A stretch of DNA of 63,651 nucleotides, counting the filler, from Deltaproteobacteria bacterium (lineage in GTDB: Bacteria; JAUYMQ01), in the NCBI GenBank assembly GCA_030698575.1. It is 13 parts of 13 records of this genome, joined end to end, with 100 filler letters (N's around TTAATTAATTAA, not from the genome) between each part and the next. Parts side by side here need not be neighbours in the genome. Positions count along the whole stretch, not along the records: positions 29,194 to 33,362 come from JAUYMQ010000101.1; positions 33,463 to 37,948 come from JAUYMQ010000106.1; positions 38,049 to 54,116 come from JAUYMQ010000113.1; 10 more parts are not named here. One strand, 5' to 3'. Shown here piece after piece: positions 32,042-45,508 of this stretch. A program made the position numbers and the translations under genes. Below the pieces are notes generated by a model. It had not been told where the DNA came from, did no database searches, and saw only the letters and a list, made by a program, of their open reading frames with translations. Every line of letters starts with the position of its first letter. The stretch's first letter is position 1.

Positions 32042-33362
32042 ATGCCTGACGCCCCTCAAATCGCCTTTGTCGGAAAACCCGATACCCTGAGCCAGCGCAT
32101 CACGGCGGGCGGGGCCTCGGGAACCGCCGCGCTCTCGGGCGAGGGCCGCGACCTGCGCCTCGTGGTGGACGGCCGCGCCCGTCATCTCGCCTACCGGAGC
32201 GCCCGGCCGCTCCCTGACGGAGGGTACGAGGCCCTCGCCGAGGACGAGAACGTCCACGTCGAGACGACGATCACCCCGGGGGACGGCTTCCTGTCGGTCG
32301 TCTCGCGGCTCACGGCCCTGCGCCCGCTCCGCCTCTCGGGCTTCGAGCACGCCTACCACGCCTTCGATCTCGGCCGCCGCGACAATCCCGCGCACCTCTG
32401 GCTCCCCTTGATACCCGGTAAGGCCGGCCACGCCCTGGCCCCCGACGCGCTCGGCACGCCCTGCATCGCATTGCAGTCGGAAGGGCGTCTGGCGGCGCTC
32501 CTCGGGGACGTCGACGCGCTCGAGGGTGATCAGCCCTTCCCGCCCATCCTCGCCTACGAGCGCCCCGCGACGCTCCGCGCGGGATACGCCGCGGGGCGCG
32601 CGGCCGCGCCCGGGCTTCTCGAGCGCCGCCCCGCGGAGGGAACGCTCCTCCCCGATCACGACGTCGCGACGCTCTCGTTCCTGATCGTTCTGTCGGGCGA
32701 AGCCGAGCCGCACGCGGGGCTTGGCAGGGTGCTGCGGGTCGCCTGGTCCCGATTCGGGTCGAGCCGGCTCGACGATCTCGCGCTGCAGACACTGCCACTC
32801 GACGACTATGCGCGTTACGCCTACGACGCCGCGTTCGATCGCTACGGGCTCTGGCGCGACGTCTTCATCGAGGAAGGCCCCGCGGGCGCATTCGCAGTGG
32901 CCGCGCCGCACCGGGAGCCCCGGGAGGGCGCTGCGCCGCCGTCCCCCCGCCGCCCCTGGCCGACCCGTTTGCGCTCCGCGCTCGCGCGCCACGTGCCCTG
33001 GCGCGAACGGGCGTCGCTGCTGCGGGCAAGCGCCGACCGCGCCCTGAATCATCTGCACTTCGGAGCGGGCGCCAATGCGCTCCGCACGGCCTACGGCATG
33101 GCCCACTTCGCGGAGCGCTGGGGCGACGAGAAGCTCATGGGCGCCGCCCGCGAGATCGTCCGCCTGGCGCTCGCCGCACCCGAATCGAAGGGCCTTTTTC
33201 CGGCCGTTTATACCGGCGCGCCCGATCGACCCGCCTGGGCGACGGGCGCGCGCGGCACCCGGCTCGACGACCGCTATGGCGTGGCCGATCTCTCCGAGAG
33301 CGGGCTCTGGATGATCAGGCTCGCGGGCGACCTCGGGCTCGACGAGGCGATGCTCGATCGCG
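32042..33362 (+). CDS. Hypothetical protein, 3'-truncated
   Basis: Long ORF co-directional with ExbBD; no recognised motif. Confidence 0.6.
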
Positions 33363-33495
33363 NNNNNNNNNNNNNNNNNNNNNNNNNNNNNNNNNNNNNN
33401 NNNNNNTTAATTAATTAANNNNNNNNNNNNNNNNNNNNNNNNNNNNNNNNNNNNNNNNNNNNTCCAAGACGCGGCCTCGGGGCGGAGGCGAGGGG

Positions 33496-33528
33496 GATTG
33501 CTTCGTCGCTTCGCTCCTCGCAATGACA
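33496..33528. repeat. Right-arm copy of the REP-like element downstream of carB
   Basis: GATTGCTTCGTCGCTTCGCTCCTCGCAATGACA shares both right-hand motifs with 9633-9671. Confidence 0.8.
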
Positions 33529-33547
33529 TGCGGCGTTCGGCAACCCC

Positions 33548-36817
<3,270 letters not shown>

Positions 36818-36831
36818 CTTTCCGCGTTCCC

Positions 36832-37461
36832 CTAGGCGTTCCGGTAGATGTTCTCCGGCTTGATTCCCCTGTAGCGCTCGTACTTCCGCAGCATCCCGGC
36901 CAGCCTGAGCGTGAACTCGCCCGGCCCCGTACCCCCCTCTATCCGCAGTGCCTTCAGTTCAGCCTTGATGAAGCCTTCAGAGGCGCGCGGATGGCAGAGG
37001 ATCCCTTCCGCAAACCAGTTCTTGCCCTCAAAGTTGACAATGCGGGCGTCGACGATGTCCCCGGCCTGAAACGAACGCGCCACGTCGATGTCCTCGACCT
37101 TGAGCGTCTTCCCGTCCCAGAAATCCTTCAGCGAGAGGAAGGGCGGCTTGGTCTTCTTGATTTTGAAAATCCCGTGGCGGTGCCTCAGGAGCGCATCGAC
37201 CGCCTCTCGCTCCCCGGGGCCGAGACTCTCGGCATTCTCCTCGAGGTAGGCCCGGATCGGAACCACCCCGCGCGCGAGCGGCCGGTCGAGCACGTACCAC
37301 TCGAGGAAGAGGATCATCCGCACCTCGAAAGACGGATCGTCCTCGTAGACCTCCCCGGTGACCCCGAAGTATTCCTTTCGCGCCGATTCCAGATCGGCGG
37401 CATGGGGCTTGGCCGTCATGGCCTTGACCGCTGCATCAAGCTGGGCCTTGACCTGGCTCAT
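36832..37461 (-). CDS. Hypothetical protein between carA and carB
   Basis: GGAGGG before ATG 37461; normal codon usage. Confidence 0.75.
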   Translation of the reverse strand: MSQVKAQLDAAVKAMTAKPHAADLESARKEYFGVTGEVYEDDPSFEVRMILFLEWYVLDRPLARGVVPIRAYLEENAESLGPGEREAVDALLRHRHGIFKIKKTKPPFLSLKDFWDGKTLKVEDIDVARSFQAGDIVDARIVNFEGKNWFAEGILCHPRASEGFIKAELKALRIEGGTGPGEFTLRLAGMLRKYERYRGIKPENIYRNA

Positions 37462-37495
37462 TCGCCCTCCGTCTCGAGGGACGGGCCGTTGAACG

Positions 37496-37948
37496 TCACG
37501 GGCTGGTCCGGGGCGGCGCTGATTCATCACTCCCGGATCGCCCCGTTTCGACGAGATCCACGAAGCGATCGAAGAGGTAGTCGGGGTCGTGTGGGCCAGG
37601 GCTCGCTTCCGGGTGGTACTGAACGCTGAAGATGGGGAGCGATCGGTGCCGCAGCCCTTCCACCGTATTATCGTTCAGATTGAGATGCGTCAGCTCGACG
37701 TCGGCGCGCTTCTCGAAGCTTTTCATATCGAGGGCGAAGCCGTGGTTCTGGGCGGTAATCTCGACCTTGCCCGTTTCCTGATCCATGACCGGGTGGTTTC
37801 CGCCGTGATGGCCGAACTTCAGCTTGAAGGTTTTTCCGCCGAGCGCCAGGCCGAGGATCTGGTGCCCCAGGCAGATTCCAAAGATCGGTTTCTTGCCGAT
37901 GAGCGCGCGGACGGCTTCGATGGCGTATGTGATCGGCTCCGGATCGCC
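37496..37948 (-). CDS. carA: Carbamoyl-phosphate synthase small subunit, 5'-truncated
   Basis: [32 protein letters not shown]. Confidence 0.95.
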   Translation of the reverse strand, partial: GDPEPITYAIEAVRALIGKKPIFGICLGHQILGLALGGKTFKLKFGHHGGNHPVMDQETGKVEITAQNHGFALDMKSFEKRADVELTHLNLNDNTVEGLRHRSLPIFSVQYHPEASPGPHDPDYLFDRFVDLVETGRSGSDESAPPRTSP

Positions 37949-38048
37949 NNNNNNNNNNNNNNNNNNNNNNNNNNNNNNNNNNNNNNNNNNNNTTAATTAA
38001 TTAANNNNNNNNNNNNNNNNNNNNNNNNNNNNNNNNNNNNNNNNNNNN

Positions 38049-38300
38049 CAGCGGCGCGTTCAGCTCGAGCACCTGGGGCGCTTCGCCGCCGTCGGCTGCC
38101 GAGACGGTGACGTCGACCTTCCCGCGGGAAACGGCCTGCTGCACCTGCCCGGCCAGCCGGGATTCGATTTCGGCAAAACGGCGCGGCAAGCGCACACGCA
38201 CATCGGAGTGGCGATGGTTGACAGAGCGCATCTCGACGCTGAAACGAACTCCGCCCGTCTCGAAAGTGGCCGTGCCAAACCCGGTCATGCTTCGGATCAT
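38049..38300 (-). CDS. YicC/YloC family endoribonuclease, 3'-truncated
   Basis: MIRSMTGFG, RSVNHR, RGKVDV. Confidence 0.9.
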
Positions 38301-38315
38301 GTCAGGATTACTCCG

Positions 38316-38735
38316 TCAGGGGGCGCGCGTTCCAGTGCGCCCGTAGGCATCCTCGAGCCGGACGACGTCCATGAGCTGCGGCGTGGAAACCTCGAGCACC
38401 TCGCAGTCCGAGACCGCGGTCATGCGGTGCTTCGTGCCGGGCCGGATCCGGTATCCCTCTCCCTTTCGCAGGCGGCGCGTGATCATGCGGCCGCGCTCGG
38501 AAACCTCGAAATCCATCGTGCCGGAGAGCATGTGAATCGTTTCGTCCTTCCAGCGGTGGTACTGAAGGGACAGCCGGCCGCCCTTCTTGATCCGCAGGAT
38601 CTTCCCCACGTACTTCGGCGCGCGCGCCCAGATGAGCTCGGAGCCCCAGGGCTTCTTGACTACCTGGGTGGAGCCTCGCCGCAGATGGCCCAGGCTCTCC
38701 TTGAAAGCGGGGGTTGCTTTCCTCTTTTTCTTCAA
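38316..38735 (-). CDS. Cupin (mannose-6-phosphate isomerase type II-like)
   Basis: KPWG, LSLQYH..KDET, EVSTPQL.DVVRLEDAYGR. Confidence 0.85.
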   Translation of the reverse strand: MKKKRKATPAFKESLGHLRRGSTQVVKKPWGSELIWARAPKYVGKILRIKKGGRLSLQYHRWKDETIHMLSGTMDFEVSERGRMITRRLRKGEGYRIRPGTKHRMTAVSDCEVLEVSTPQLMDVVRLEDAYGRTGTRAP

Positions 38736-38786
38736 AGCTTGGATCTCGCGGGCTGCCGGCGGGGTGGCCGGATCGGTTGCAGGGGG

Positions 38787-40211
38787 CTAGTGCGCGCCTT
38801 TCCCGAGCAGCACGGCCGGGACGGTGCGAAGCAGGATTTCGATATCGGCGCTTAGCGACCAATGCTCGATGTAGTAGAGGTCGCTGTCGATGCGCTTCTC
38901 GAGCGAGGTGTTGCCGCGGAGGCCTCGGACCTGCGCCAGCCCCGTGAGCCCCGCCTTGACCTTGTGGCGCAGCATGTACTTCGGAATCTGCTTCTTGAAC
39001 TGCTCGATAAGCTCGGGCCGTTCCGGGCGGGGCCCCACCATGCTCATGTCGCCCCGGAGGACGTTCAGAAGCTGCGGAAGCTCGTCGAGCGAAAGCTTCC
39101 TCAGGACTCGCCCGAGCGGCGTGCGGCGGGGGTCGTCCTCTTTGGCCCAGACGGCGCCGGTGCCGGCCTCCGCGTTCACGCGCATCGTCCGGAACTTGAT
39201 CATGTCGAAACAGCGCCCGTCGAAGCCCATCCGGGTCTGTCGGAAGAACACCGGACCCGGCGTCAGGAGCTTGATCATCCCCGCCACGAGCAGCATGAAC
39301 GGCGCCGCCACGAGCAGCATGGCGCCCGAGACGGCGATGTCGAAGAGGCGCTTCACCACGCGGTTCCATCCCGCCATGGGCGAATCCTGAATGCGCACCA
39401 TGGGGAGGCCGTCGAAGTCCTCGACGCCTGCGCGGAGCTTCATGTGGTGATAGAGGTCGGGCACCACGCGCACGTCGACCATCTCCTCGCCCATGAACTT
39501 CAGGACCGAGTCCAAGCGATCGTGGGCGTCGGCCGGGAGGGCGATCACCACCTGGTCGATGCCGCGCCCCTGCAGCACCCGTTGTACGTCTTCGTAGACG
39601 CCTAGCACCGGTATCCCGTCGATCGTCTTCCCCACCTTCGACATGTCGCCGGCGAGCAGGCCTCCCACGGAGAGCCCGACCTCTGGGTGCGCTTTCACGC
39701 GGCGGATCACCTCGCGCGCGAGATCTCCGGCGCCCACGATGAGGATATGCCGCAGGTTGTAACCGCGGCGCCGCAGCTCCCGGAAAATCTGCCGCATGCC
39801 GATGCGGAACGTCGTCAGGGCGACGCAGGAGAAGAGCCAGAAGAGACCCATCACAACACGGCTGTAGGTGAAGATCTCGAAGGGGCGGTAGAAGAAGGTC
39901 AGCGCGACGACCACGAACACGCTGACCGTGGAGACGCGGGTGATGCGCACCAGTTCCGCGGAGGGCGACTTCACGCGCCGTGGGAGATAGAGGCCCTCCC
40001 TCCGCATGAGCACGGCCCAGACGGCGAGAATGAGCGGCAGGATCGCAAGATAGGCGCTGAAGCGCGGCGTCTTTTCGTAGAGAGGAGCCAGGTGTTCGAA
40101 CCACCCGGCGTGAAACCGGACTTCGTAGGCGAGGAGCCAGGCGGCGGTCACGACCGCCATGTCGGTGATGAAAAGGATGGAGAGGAATACCTGGCTATAC
40201 TTCCTGAGCAT
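38787..40211 (-). CDS. Undecaprenyl-phosphate glucose phosphotransferase (WcaJ-like)
   Basis: KRLFDI, KFRTM, DELPQL.NVLRGDMSMVGPRPE, GLTGLAQV. Confidence 0.93.
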   Translation of the reverse strand: MLRKYSQVFLSILFITDMAVVTAAWLLAYEVRFHAGWFEHLAPLYEKTPRFSAYLAILPLILAVWAVLMRREGLYLPRRVKSPSAELVRITRVSTVSVFVVVALTFFYRPFEIFTYSRVVMGLFWLFSCVALTTFRIGMRQIFRELRRRGYNLRHILIVGAGDLAREVIRRVKAHPEVGLSVGGLLAGDMSKVGKTIDGIPVLGVYEDVQRVLQGRGIDQVVIALPADAHDRLDSVLKFMGEEMVDVRVVPDLYHHMKLRAGVEDFDGLPMVRIQDSPMAGWNRVVKRLFDIAVSGAMLLVAAPFMLLVAGMIKLLTPGPVFFRQTRMGFDGRCFDMIKFRTMRVNAEAGTGAVWAKEDDPRRTPLGRVLRKLSLDELPQLLNVLRGDMSMVGPRPERPELIEQFKKQIPKYMLRHKVKAGLTGLAQVRGLRGNTSLEKRIDSDLYYIEHWSLSADIEILLRTVPAVLLGKGAH

Positions 40212-41346
40212 GCCGCCTCCCCCGCTCCCAGGCTTTCACGTGCCGGTCGATGAACTCCCCCATCGCTTTCACGAACACCGCGCGGTCGAAGCCGAGGGCA
40301 TGCTCCCGGATGAGTGCGGGATCAAAATCTCCCTCGACACGCTCGAACTGGCGGAGCCCCTCGACCAGGCCGTCGGCCGACTGCTCGCGATAGAAGATGC
40401 CGGTGGGGGGACGGCCCGAAGGGTGGCCGGGCGGGATCACGGTTTCCAGAGCGCCGCCCCGGCCCAGCGCGATCACGGGCCTTCCCGCGGCCATGGCCTC
40501 GACGGGGACGATGCCAAAATCTTCCTCGCCGGGGAAAATGAGAGCCCGGCAGCGCGCATAGAGCGAAGCCAGCTCCCCCCGATCCCGCCATCCGAGCAAC
40601 TCGACATTGGGGCCGGCCATTGCGCGCAGGCGGGACTCCATCGGTCCTGAACCGACGACCTTCAAAGGGTAGCCGATCCGGTTGAACGCTTCAACGGCCA
40701 GATCGACGCGCTTGTAGGGGGCAAAGGCCGAAACAACGAGAAAGTACGGCTCCGGCCCTCCCGGCTCGACGCGGAAAGCGCCGGTGCCCACAGGAGGGTA
40801 GATCACATCCGCCCGGCGCCCGTAATGCCGGCGTATGCGCTGCGCAACGTTTCGCGAATTGGCGGCGAAGAAGCCCACCCGCGACGCGGTGGCGGCGTCC
40901 CACCGGCGCAGCCAGGGCGCGACCAGCGCCATCGCGCCGCGCATCCAGGCCGGCGCCATCCCTCGCCCCCAGTACTGGTCGTACTGATCCCAGACATAGC
41001 GCATGGGTGTGTGGCAGTAGCTGAGGTGCAGCGCGCCCGGGCGGGGAATCACGCTCTTGGCCACGCAGTGTGAGGTGCTGACGATCAGATCGAAGGGGGA
41101 TAGATCGAGCCGCTCGATGGCCGCCGGGAAGAGCGGCAGATAGGAGCGGTAGCGCCGCGCCGCCATCGGAAGCCGCTGCACGAAGCTCGTGACGATCGGA
41201 TGGGACTCGACCAGCGGCGAGACGCTGCCGGGCACGTGCACCAGCGTGAAGAGCGGCGCGCCCGGGAAGCGTTCACAGAGAACTTCCAGCACCGCCTCTC
41301 CGCCCCGCATGCCCGTGAGCCAGTCATGGACCAGCGCGACCTTCAT
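40195..41346 (-). CDS. Glycosyltransferase family 4
   Basis: MKVALVHDWL.GMRGGE, CHTPMRY, EDFGIVPVEAMAAG; start moved to ATG 41346. Confidence 0.92.
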   Translation of the reverse strand: MKVALVHDWLTGMRGGEAVLEVLCERFPGAPLFTLVHVPGSVSPLVESHPIVTSFVQRLPMAARRYRSYLPLFPAAIERLDLSPFDLIVSTSHCVAKSVIPRPGALHLSYCHTPMRYVWDQYDQYWGRGMAPAWMRGAMALVAPWLRRWDAATASRVGFFAANSRNVAQRIRRHYGRRADVIYPPVGTGAFRVEPGGPEPYFLVVSAFAPYKRVDLAVEAFNRIGYPLKVVGSGPMESRLRAMAGPNVELLGWRDRGELASLYARCRALIFPGEEDFGIVPVEAMAAGRPVIALGRGGALETVIPPGHPSGRPPTGIFYREQSADGLVEGLRQFERVEGDFDPALIREHALGFDRAVFVKAMGEFIDRHVKAWERGRRHAQEV

Positions 41347-42842
41347 GGGCGCCCCTCCGCCGCCGCGCCTGCCGCAGCCTCCCTGTGCGCAACCCTCCCG
41401 AGCCAGGCGTAGGCCCCCAGCCCGAGCAGGACGAGCGCGCCCAGCGGCAGCGCGTGGCGATGGAGGGCCGGGAGCGTGAAGGAAGCCCGGGCGAGCGCGG
41501 CCGACACATCCGACAGGGACAACCCCTGATCCAGCACGTAGCGATAGTCCGAGATCGTCTGCCCGGGCCCGTGAGGAACAACGTCGTAGACGAGCCCCGC
41601 GTTGGACAGAAGAAAGAAGCCGTAGGAAACCGCCGTCAGGCAAAGCGCGGCGGAGACCCGGACCGCCCGACGTCCACGGGTCAGGAACAGGGCGAGCGGG
41701 GGCGCGAGGAAAGGCACCGCGTCGGTCAGGAAGCGCTGCGAGTAGCTGTCGCCCCCCCACCAGGCGAACCAGAATCCGTAGACGAGCCCGAGTGAGATCA
41801 GGGCGGCGAGCGCGGCGCCCCCCATGAGCCGCTGCGCCCGGTCGACGCCCTCGCGGGCGAACAGCGCCACAGCCGTCCCGGCGAGTGCCAGCCAGTAGAG
41901 CGGGTGGTAGAGCAGGAATCCGTGCCGCGGATTGACGAGGACATTGATCAGCGGCGGCGCGTTGGGCTCGAAGTGCCAGTGAGGTGAGTAGGTCGATGCA
42001 AACCACTCGCCCACCTGGAGCTTGAGATAGACGGGCAGGATCCAGATGACGGCGAGCAGCCCCGCCGAGTAGAGCAGGCCCCGGGCGACGAGGCGCGCCG
42101 GACGCCGCCAGGAGAGGGCGAGCAGCGTCACGCCCACAGCCGCCGAGAGCAGCGCGCTCGCGTAGCGCACGATGGCGCCCGCTCCCACGGTCACGCCAAG
42201 CCAGAACCAGCGGCGCGCGCGCCCGCCGGGTTCGACGCAGATCCCGGCCAGCAGTCGGGCCGTGGCGGCAGCGGCGAAGCAGCTCACCGCGTGGCTCATC
42301 CCGTTCTGCGCGTAGAAGTGGAGCGGGCTCGCAAAGAACGAAAGCGCCGTCACGAAAGCGGACCACTCCGGCGAGAAGGCCAGCCGGCGCAACGTGGCGT
42401 AGATGAGAAGGAGCGTCAGCAGGGCATAGACGTTGTGGGCCAGCACGACGAAGATGATGAGCGCCAGGGTTTCGGAAGTCACCTTCTCGTAAGCAGGCCT
42501 CATCTTGCCCGGCGCGATCGCCGGGCGCACCCAGCCCTGCGCGTAGGCCAGCTTCCCCAGCATGTAGAAGGGCGCATCGAAGATCGCGAGCCCCGGCGGG
42601 TACTGCGCGACCCAGCGCTGGACAGTGGCGTTGTAGGAGAGCCCGTTGAACACCTCGTAGCGGTTGTTGCCGAGATCAAAATCGCGATCCTCGATCATCG
42701 ATTCGAGTGTCGAGAAATAGCCCCATCCGTCTCCCGCGAGGCCCCGTTCCCAGACGAGCATGTGAAAGCCCGCGATCGCGAGAACCAGCAGGATGTGGCG
42801 CGAACGCGCCACCCGCGCAATCATGGCGACTCCCCGCGCCAC
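41343..42842 (-). CDS. Multi-pass membrane GT-C-like glycosyltransferase
   Basis: DG.GYF loop, YPPG, many TM helices, WFAWWGG.SYSQRF. Confidence 0.7.
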   Translation of the reverse strand: MARGVAMIARVARSRHILLVLAIAGFHMLVWERGLAGDGWGYFSTLESMIEDRDFDLGNNRYEVFNGLSYNATVQRWVAQYPPGLAIFDAPFYMLGKLAYAQGWVRPAIAPGKMRPAYEKVTSETLALIIFVVLAHNVYALLTLLLIYATLRRLAFSPEWSAFVTALSFFASPLHFYAQNGMSHAVSCFAAAATARLLAGICVEPGGRARRWFWLGVTVGAGAIVRYASALLSAAVGVTLLALSWRRPARLVARGLLYSAGLLAVIWILPVYLKLQVGEWFASTYSPHWHFEPNAPPLINVLVNPRHGFLLYHPLYWLALAGTAVALFAREGVDRAQRLMGGAALAALISLGLVYGFWFAWWGGDSYSQRFLTDAVPFLAPPLALFLTRGRRAVRVSAALCLTAVSYGFFLLSNAGLVYDVVPHGPGQTISDYRYVLDQGLSLSDVSAALARASFTLPALHRHALPLGALVLLGLGAYAWLGRVAHREAAAGAAAEGRP

Positions 42843-44509
42843 ATCCGGCGCGGTAGCTGCGGCGGCGCCGCCGGCCTCCCCTCGGGGTAGAGAACCCGGT
42901 ACACGCGGTAGAACTGTTCAGACCCCTCGCGCACCGGAAAGCTCGCCGTCAGCTCGAGATCCTCCGCCCGGATGCTCGTCGTGAATTGCGGATAGTGGCT
43001 CTCGGTGGAGCCGTCGTAGGTGACGACGAAGTCCGCGCCGTAGCCGCGGACGTAGGCGACGACGGCGTCATAGGAGAAGCGCACGGGGACGGGCAGGAAG
43101 CGCGCGCCGGCGTAGTAGGTGATGCGCTCGCGGGGGGCGAAGACGAGAGGCCGCGATCCCGCCCCGGTGTGATCGCGGATCCACTCCCCCGCAAGTCGCT
43201 CGCCGATCCCCTCGCCGGCGTTGATGGCGAGCGTCATGGGCAGGAGCGAGACGACTGCAGCCGCAAGCAGCAGCGCGGCCGACCGGCGAGCCAGCGGCAG
43301 GCCGCGACGCGCGAGAAAAGCTTCGAGCCGTGGCCCGAGCGAAACCAGACCCAGTGCCGTCCATCCGAGCGCCAGGAGCGCCAGCGTGAAAAGATGCCGC
43401 TTGCTTCCGTAGCCGAGCGTGACCACGAGGCGGTAGATCGTGAGCCCGTAGAGCGCGATGAACGAGAGAAGGTACAGATCGCCCCGCGTCCGCCACAGCG
43501 CCCTTCCCCTGACAGCAAGCCCGAGCAGGAGGAAGGGCACCAGCTGCCAGGTCAGCGCCTCGGCGAGGCCCACGAGCATCCGGGCGCCCCGCCCCACGTA
43601 ACGCTCGAAGGTCGTTGATCGGCGGATGGGCGGCCGGCCGATGTCGGCCTCGATCCGCTTCATGACCGTGTCCTCGGCCCAGCTTGGCTTCTTTTGCTCT
43701 CCGACGCCGACCAGATGGAGCACGGATTTCTTCTGCGTGAGCTGCCAGATGCCCGTCGATTGATGGATATGGTTCAGATAGGGATAGGCGATGATGAGAA
43801 AGCCGGCAACGAGGAGGACCGCTGCAAGCGCCCGTGGAAAAAACTCCGGACGGAGGCGCGCCCCGGGGCGCGGCCAGAAGCCGAGCAGGATCCAGAACCC
43901 GCCCAGCGCCGCTAGGCCGACGCCTTCCGGCCGCGTCAGGTATGCGAGCCCCGCGCAAACACCCACGACGGGAAACATTCCGACGCCCTTCCACTTCGGG
44001 AGCAGCGTCAGCGCCCGCCAGAGCACCGCCACCCCCGCCGTGAAGAACAGGAGAAATACCGAATCGCTCTGGACGTTCGCGGCATACCGCACGGCGAAGG
44101 GGTGGAAGGCCCAGAGCACGAGCGCCGTCCACGCTATGCGCCGCCCGAACAGGCGGCGGAAGAACAGCCAGAGGGGGATCCCCACGAGGGCTCCCGCCAG
44201 GGCCGAGACGACGAGGCCTGCGCGCTCGTAGTCCCCCAGCAGGGGGTAGGCCTTCGCCATCAGCCATGAGTAAAGCGGGTGATAGACGTGGCTCAGGGCG
44301 TGCCGCGTCTGACCTTCGTTGAATGCGCGGGCGATGTCGATGAAGTGCGGGCCGTCATTGAAGATCAGATCGTCCCGCGCGCCCAGCACGAGCCGGAGCA
44401 CGAAGGCGGCGGCGATGAACGCCGCAATGCGCAGCCGATCGGCGCCGCGCGCAGGCGCCGCCCCGACGGGAATCTTCCCGCTCCGGGCTGTCTCCCCCAC
44501 GCCGTTCAC
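42821..44509 (-). CDS. ArnT/PMT-like (GT39/83) glycosyltransferase
   Basis: NDG loop, YHPLYS, SD..F, LAYLTRPEG; start uncertain (GTG 44509). Confidence 0.75.
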   Translation of the reverse strand: MNGVGETARSGKIPVGAAPARGADRLRIAAFIAAAFVLRLVLGARDDLIFNDGPHFIDIARAFNEGQTRHALSHVYHPLYSWLMAKAYPLLGDYERAGLVVSALAGALVGIPLWLFFRRLFGRRIAWTALVLWAFHPFAVRYAANVQSDSVFLLFFTAGVAVLWRALTLLPKWKGVGMFPVVGVCAGLAYLTRPEGVGLAALGGFWILLGFWPRPGARLRPEFFPRALAAVLLVAGFLIIAYPYLNHIHQSTGIWQLTQKKSVLHLVGVGEQKKPSWAEDTVMKRIEADIGRPPIRRSTTFERYVGRGARMLVGLAEALTWQLVPFLLLGLAVRGRALWRTRGDLYLLSFIALYGLTIYRLVVTLGYGSKRHLFTLALLALGWTALGLVSLGPRLEAFLARRGLPLARRSAALLLAAAVVSLLPMTLAINAGEGIGERLAGEWIRDHTGAGSRPLVFAPRERITYYAGARFLPVPVRFSYDAVVAYVRGYGADFVVTYDGSTESHYPQFTTSIRAEDLELTASFPVREGSEQFYRVYRVLYPEGRPAAPPQLPRRMWRGESP

Positions 44510-45486
44510 GATCCGGCCCCCGCCCGTCTCCGGCGAGCCGCTCCCGCCAGCCCCCATCCGGCGGGGCAGCCGCGCAGGTGCCACAGCAGCATGCGCGCGC
44601 TCTCGGCCGCCTTCCGCCGGGCCCGCGCGGCGCGCCCGAGGGTCACCACCGAGATCGCCGAGAAGATAACGAGATTGAGGGCGAGCTTGATCAGCCGGAT
44701 CGAAATCACGGCCAGCCGCTGCACCGGCCCGCGGTTCTTCCCGAAAAAGCGGTAGAGCGACCTGAGGTACTCGATCCGCGTCTCCAGCGGCAGCTTCTTC
44801 TTCGAGCTTCCCCCCGAAAGATGCGTGATGCGGGCGTCAGGCACATGGACCACCTTCCAGCCCGCCTCCCTCATGCGCGCGCACCAGTCGGTTTCCTCCA
44901 TGAAAAAAAAGTATCCGTCGTCCATCGGGCCGACCTGCTCGAGCGCCTCACGGCGGACGACGAGGCAGGCGCCGAGCACTGCCTCGACCTCGATCGGCTC
45001 GGCGTAGTCCTGCCGTTTGGAGGGATAGCGCCCGGGAAGCATGATGCGCAGAAGGCTCACGTTAAGGATCTCGGTGGCCAGCGATGGAAAGTTGTGGATG
45101 GAGTTCTGCTTGGAGCCATCGGGGTCGAGCAGCTGCGGAGCGCACAGGCCCGTCCCCGGATTGGCGTCCATCCAGGCGACCAATCGCTCGAAGGCGCCCG
45201 GAAGCACCACGGTGTCGTCATTCAGAAGCACGGCGTGGCGGCCCTTCGCCTCCCGGAGCCCGATGTTGTTGCCGCCGGCGAAACCAAGGTTCCGCGGGTT
45301 GCGGATCACCTTCACCCCGGGGAACTCCGCTTCGACCGCAGCGGCGCTGCCGTCCTCCGAATCGTTGTCGACGACGATGACCTCGAAGCGACTTCCCTTC
45401 ACCTCGCGGAAGATCGAAGCGACGGCGCGGAGAAGAAGCTCGCGCGCGTTCCAGGTCACGATGATGATCGAGAGATCGATTCCCAT
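44506..45486 (-). CDS. Glycosyltransferase family 2 (rhamnosyltransferase-like)
   Basis: SIIIVTWN, VVDN, NLGFAGGNN, LLNDD, EETDWC. Confidence 0.92.
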   Translation of the reverse strand: MGIDLSIIIVTWNARELLLRAVASIFREVKGSRFEVIVVDNDSEDGSAAAVEAEFPGVKVIRNPRNLGFAGGNNIGLREAKGRHAVLLNDDTVVLPGAFERLVAWMDANPGTGLCAPQLLDPDGSKQNSIHNFPSLATEILNVSLLRIMLPGRYPSKRQDYAEPIEVEAVLGACLVVRREALEQVGPMDDGYFFFMEETDWCARMREAGWKVVHVPDARITHLSGGSSKKKLPLETRIEYLRSLYRFFGKNRGPVQRLAVISIRLIKLALNLVIFSAISVVTLGRAARARRKAAESARMLLWHLRGCPAGWGLAGAARRRRAGAGS

Positions 45487-45508
45487 GCCGCTCCCTGGCC
45501 GCGACTTC

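Noticed and set aside
40195-42366. 723-aa glycosyltransferase with long N-terminal extension
   Set aside because: Extension overlaps the real membrane-protein gene in another frame; canonical start is MKVALVHDWL at 41346.
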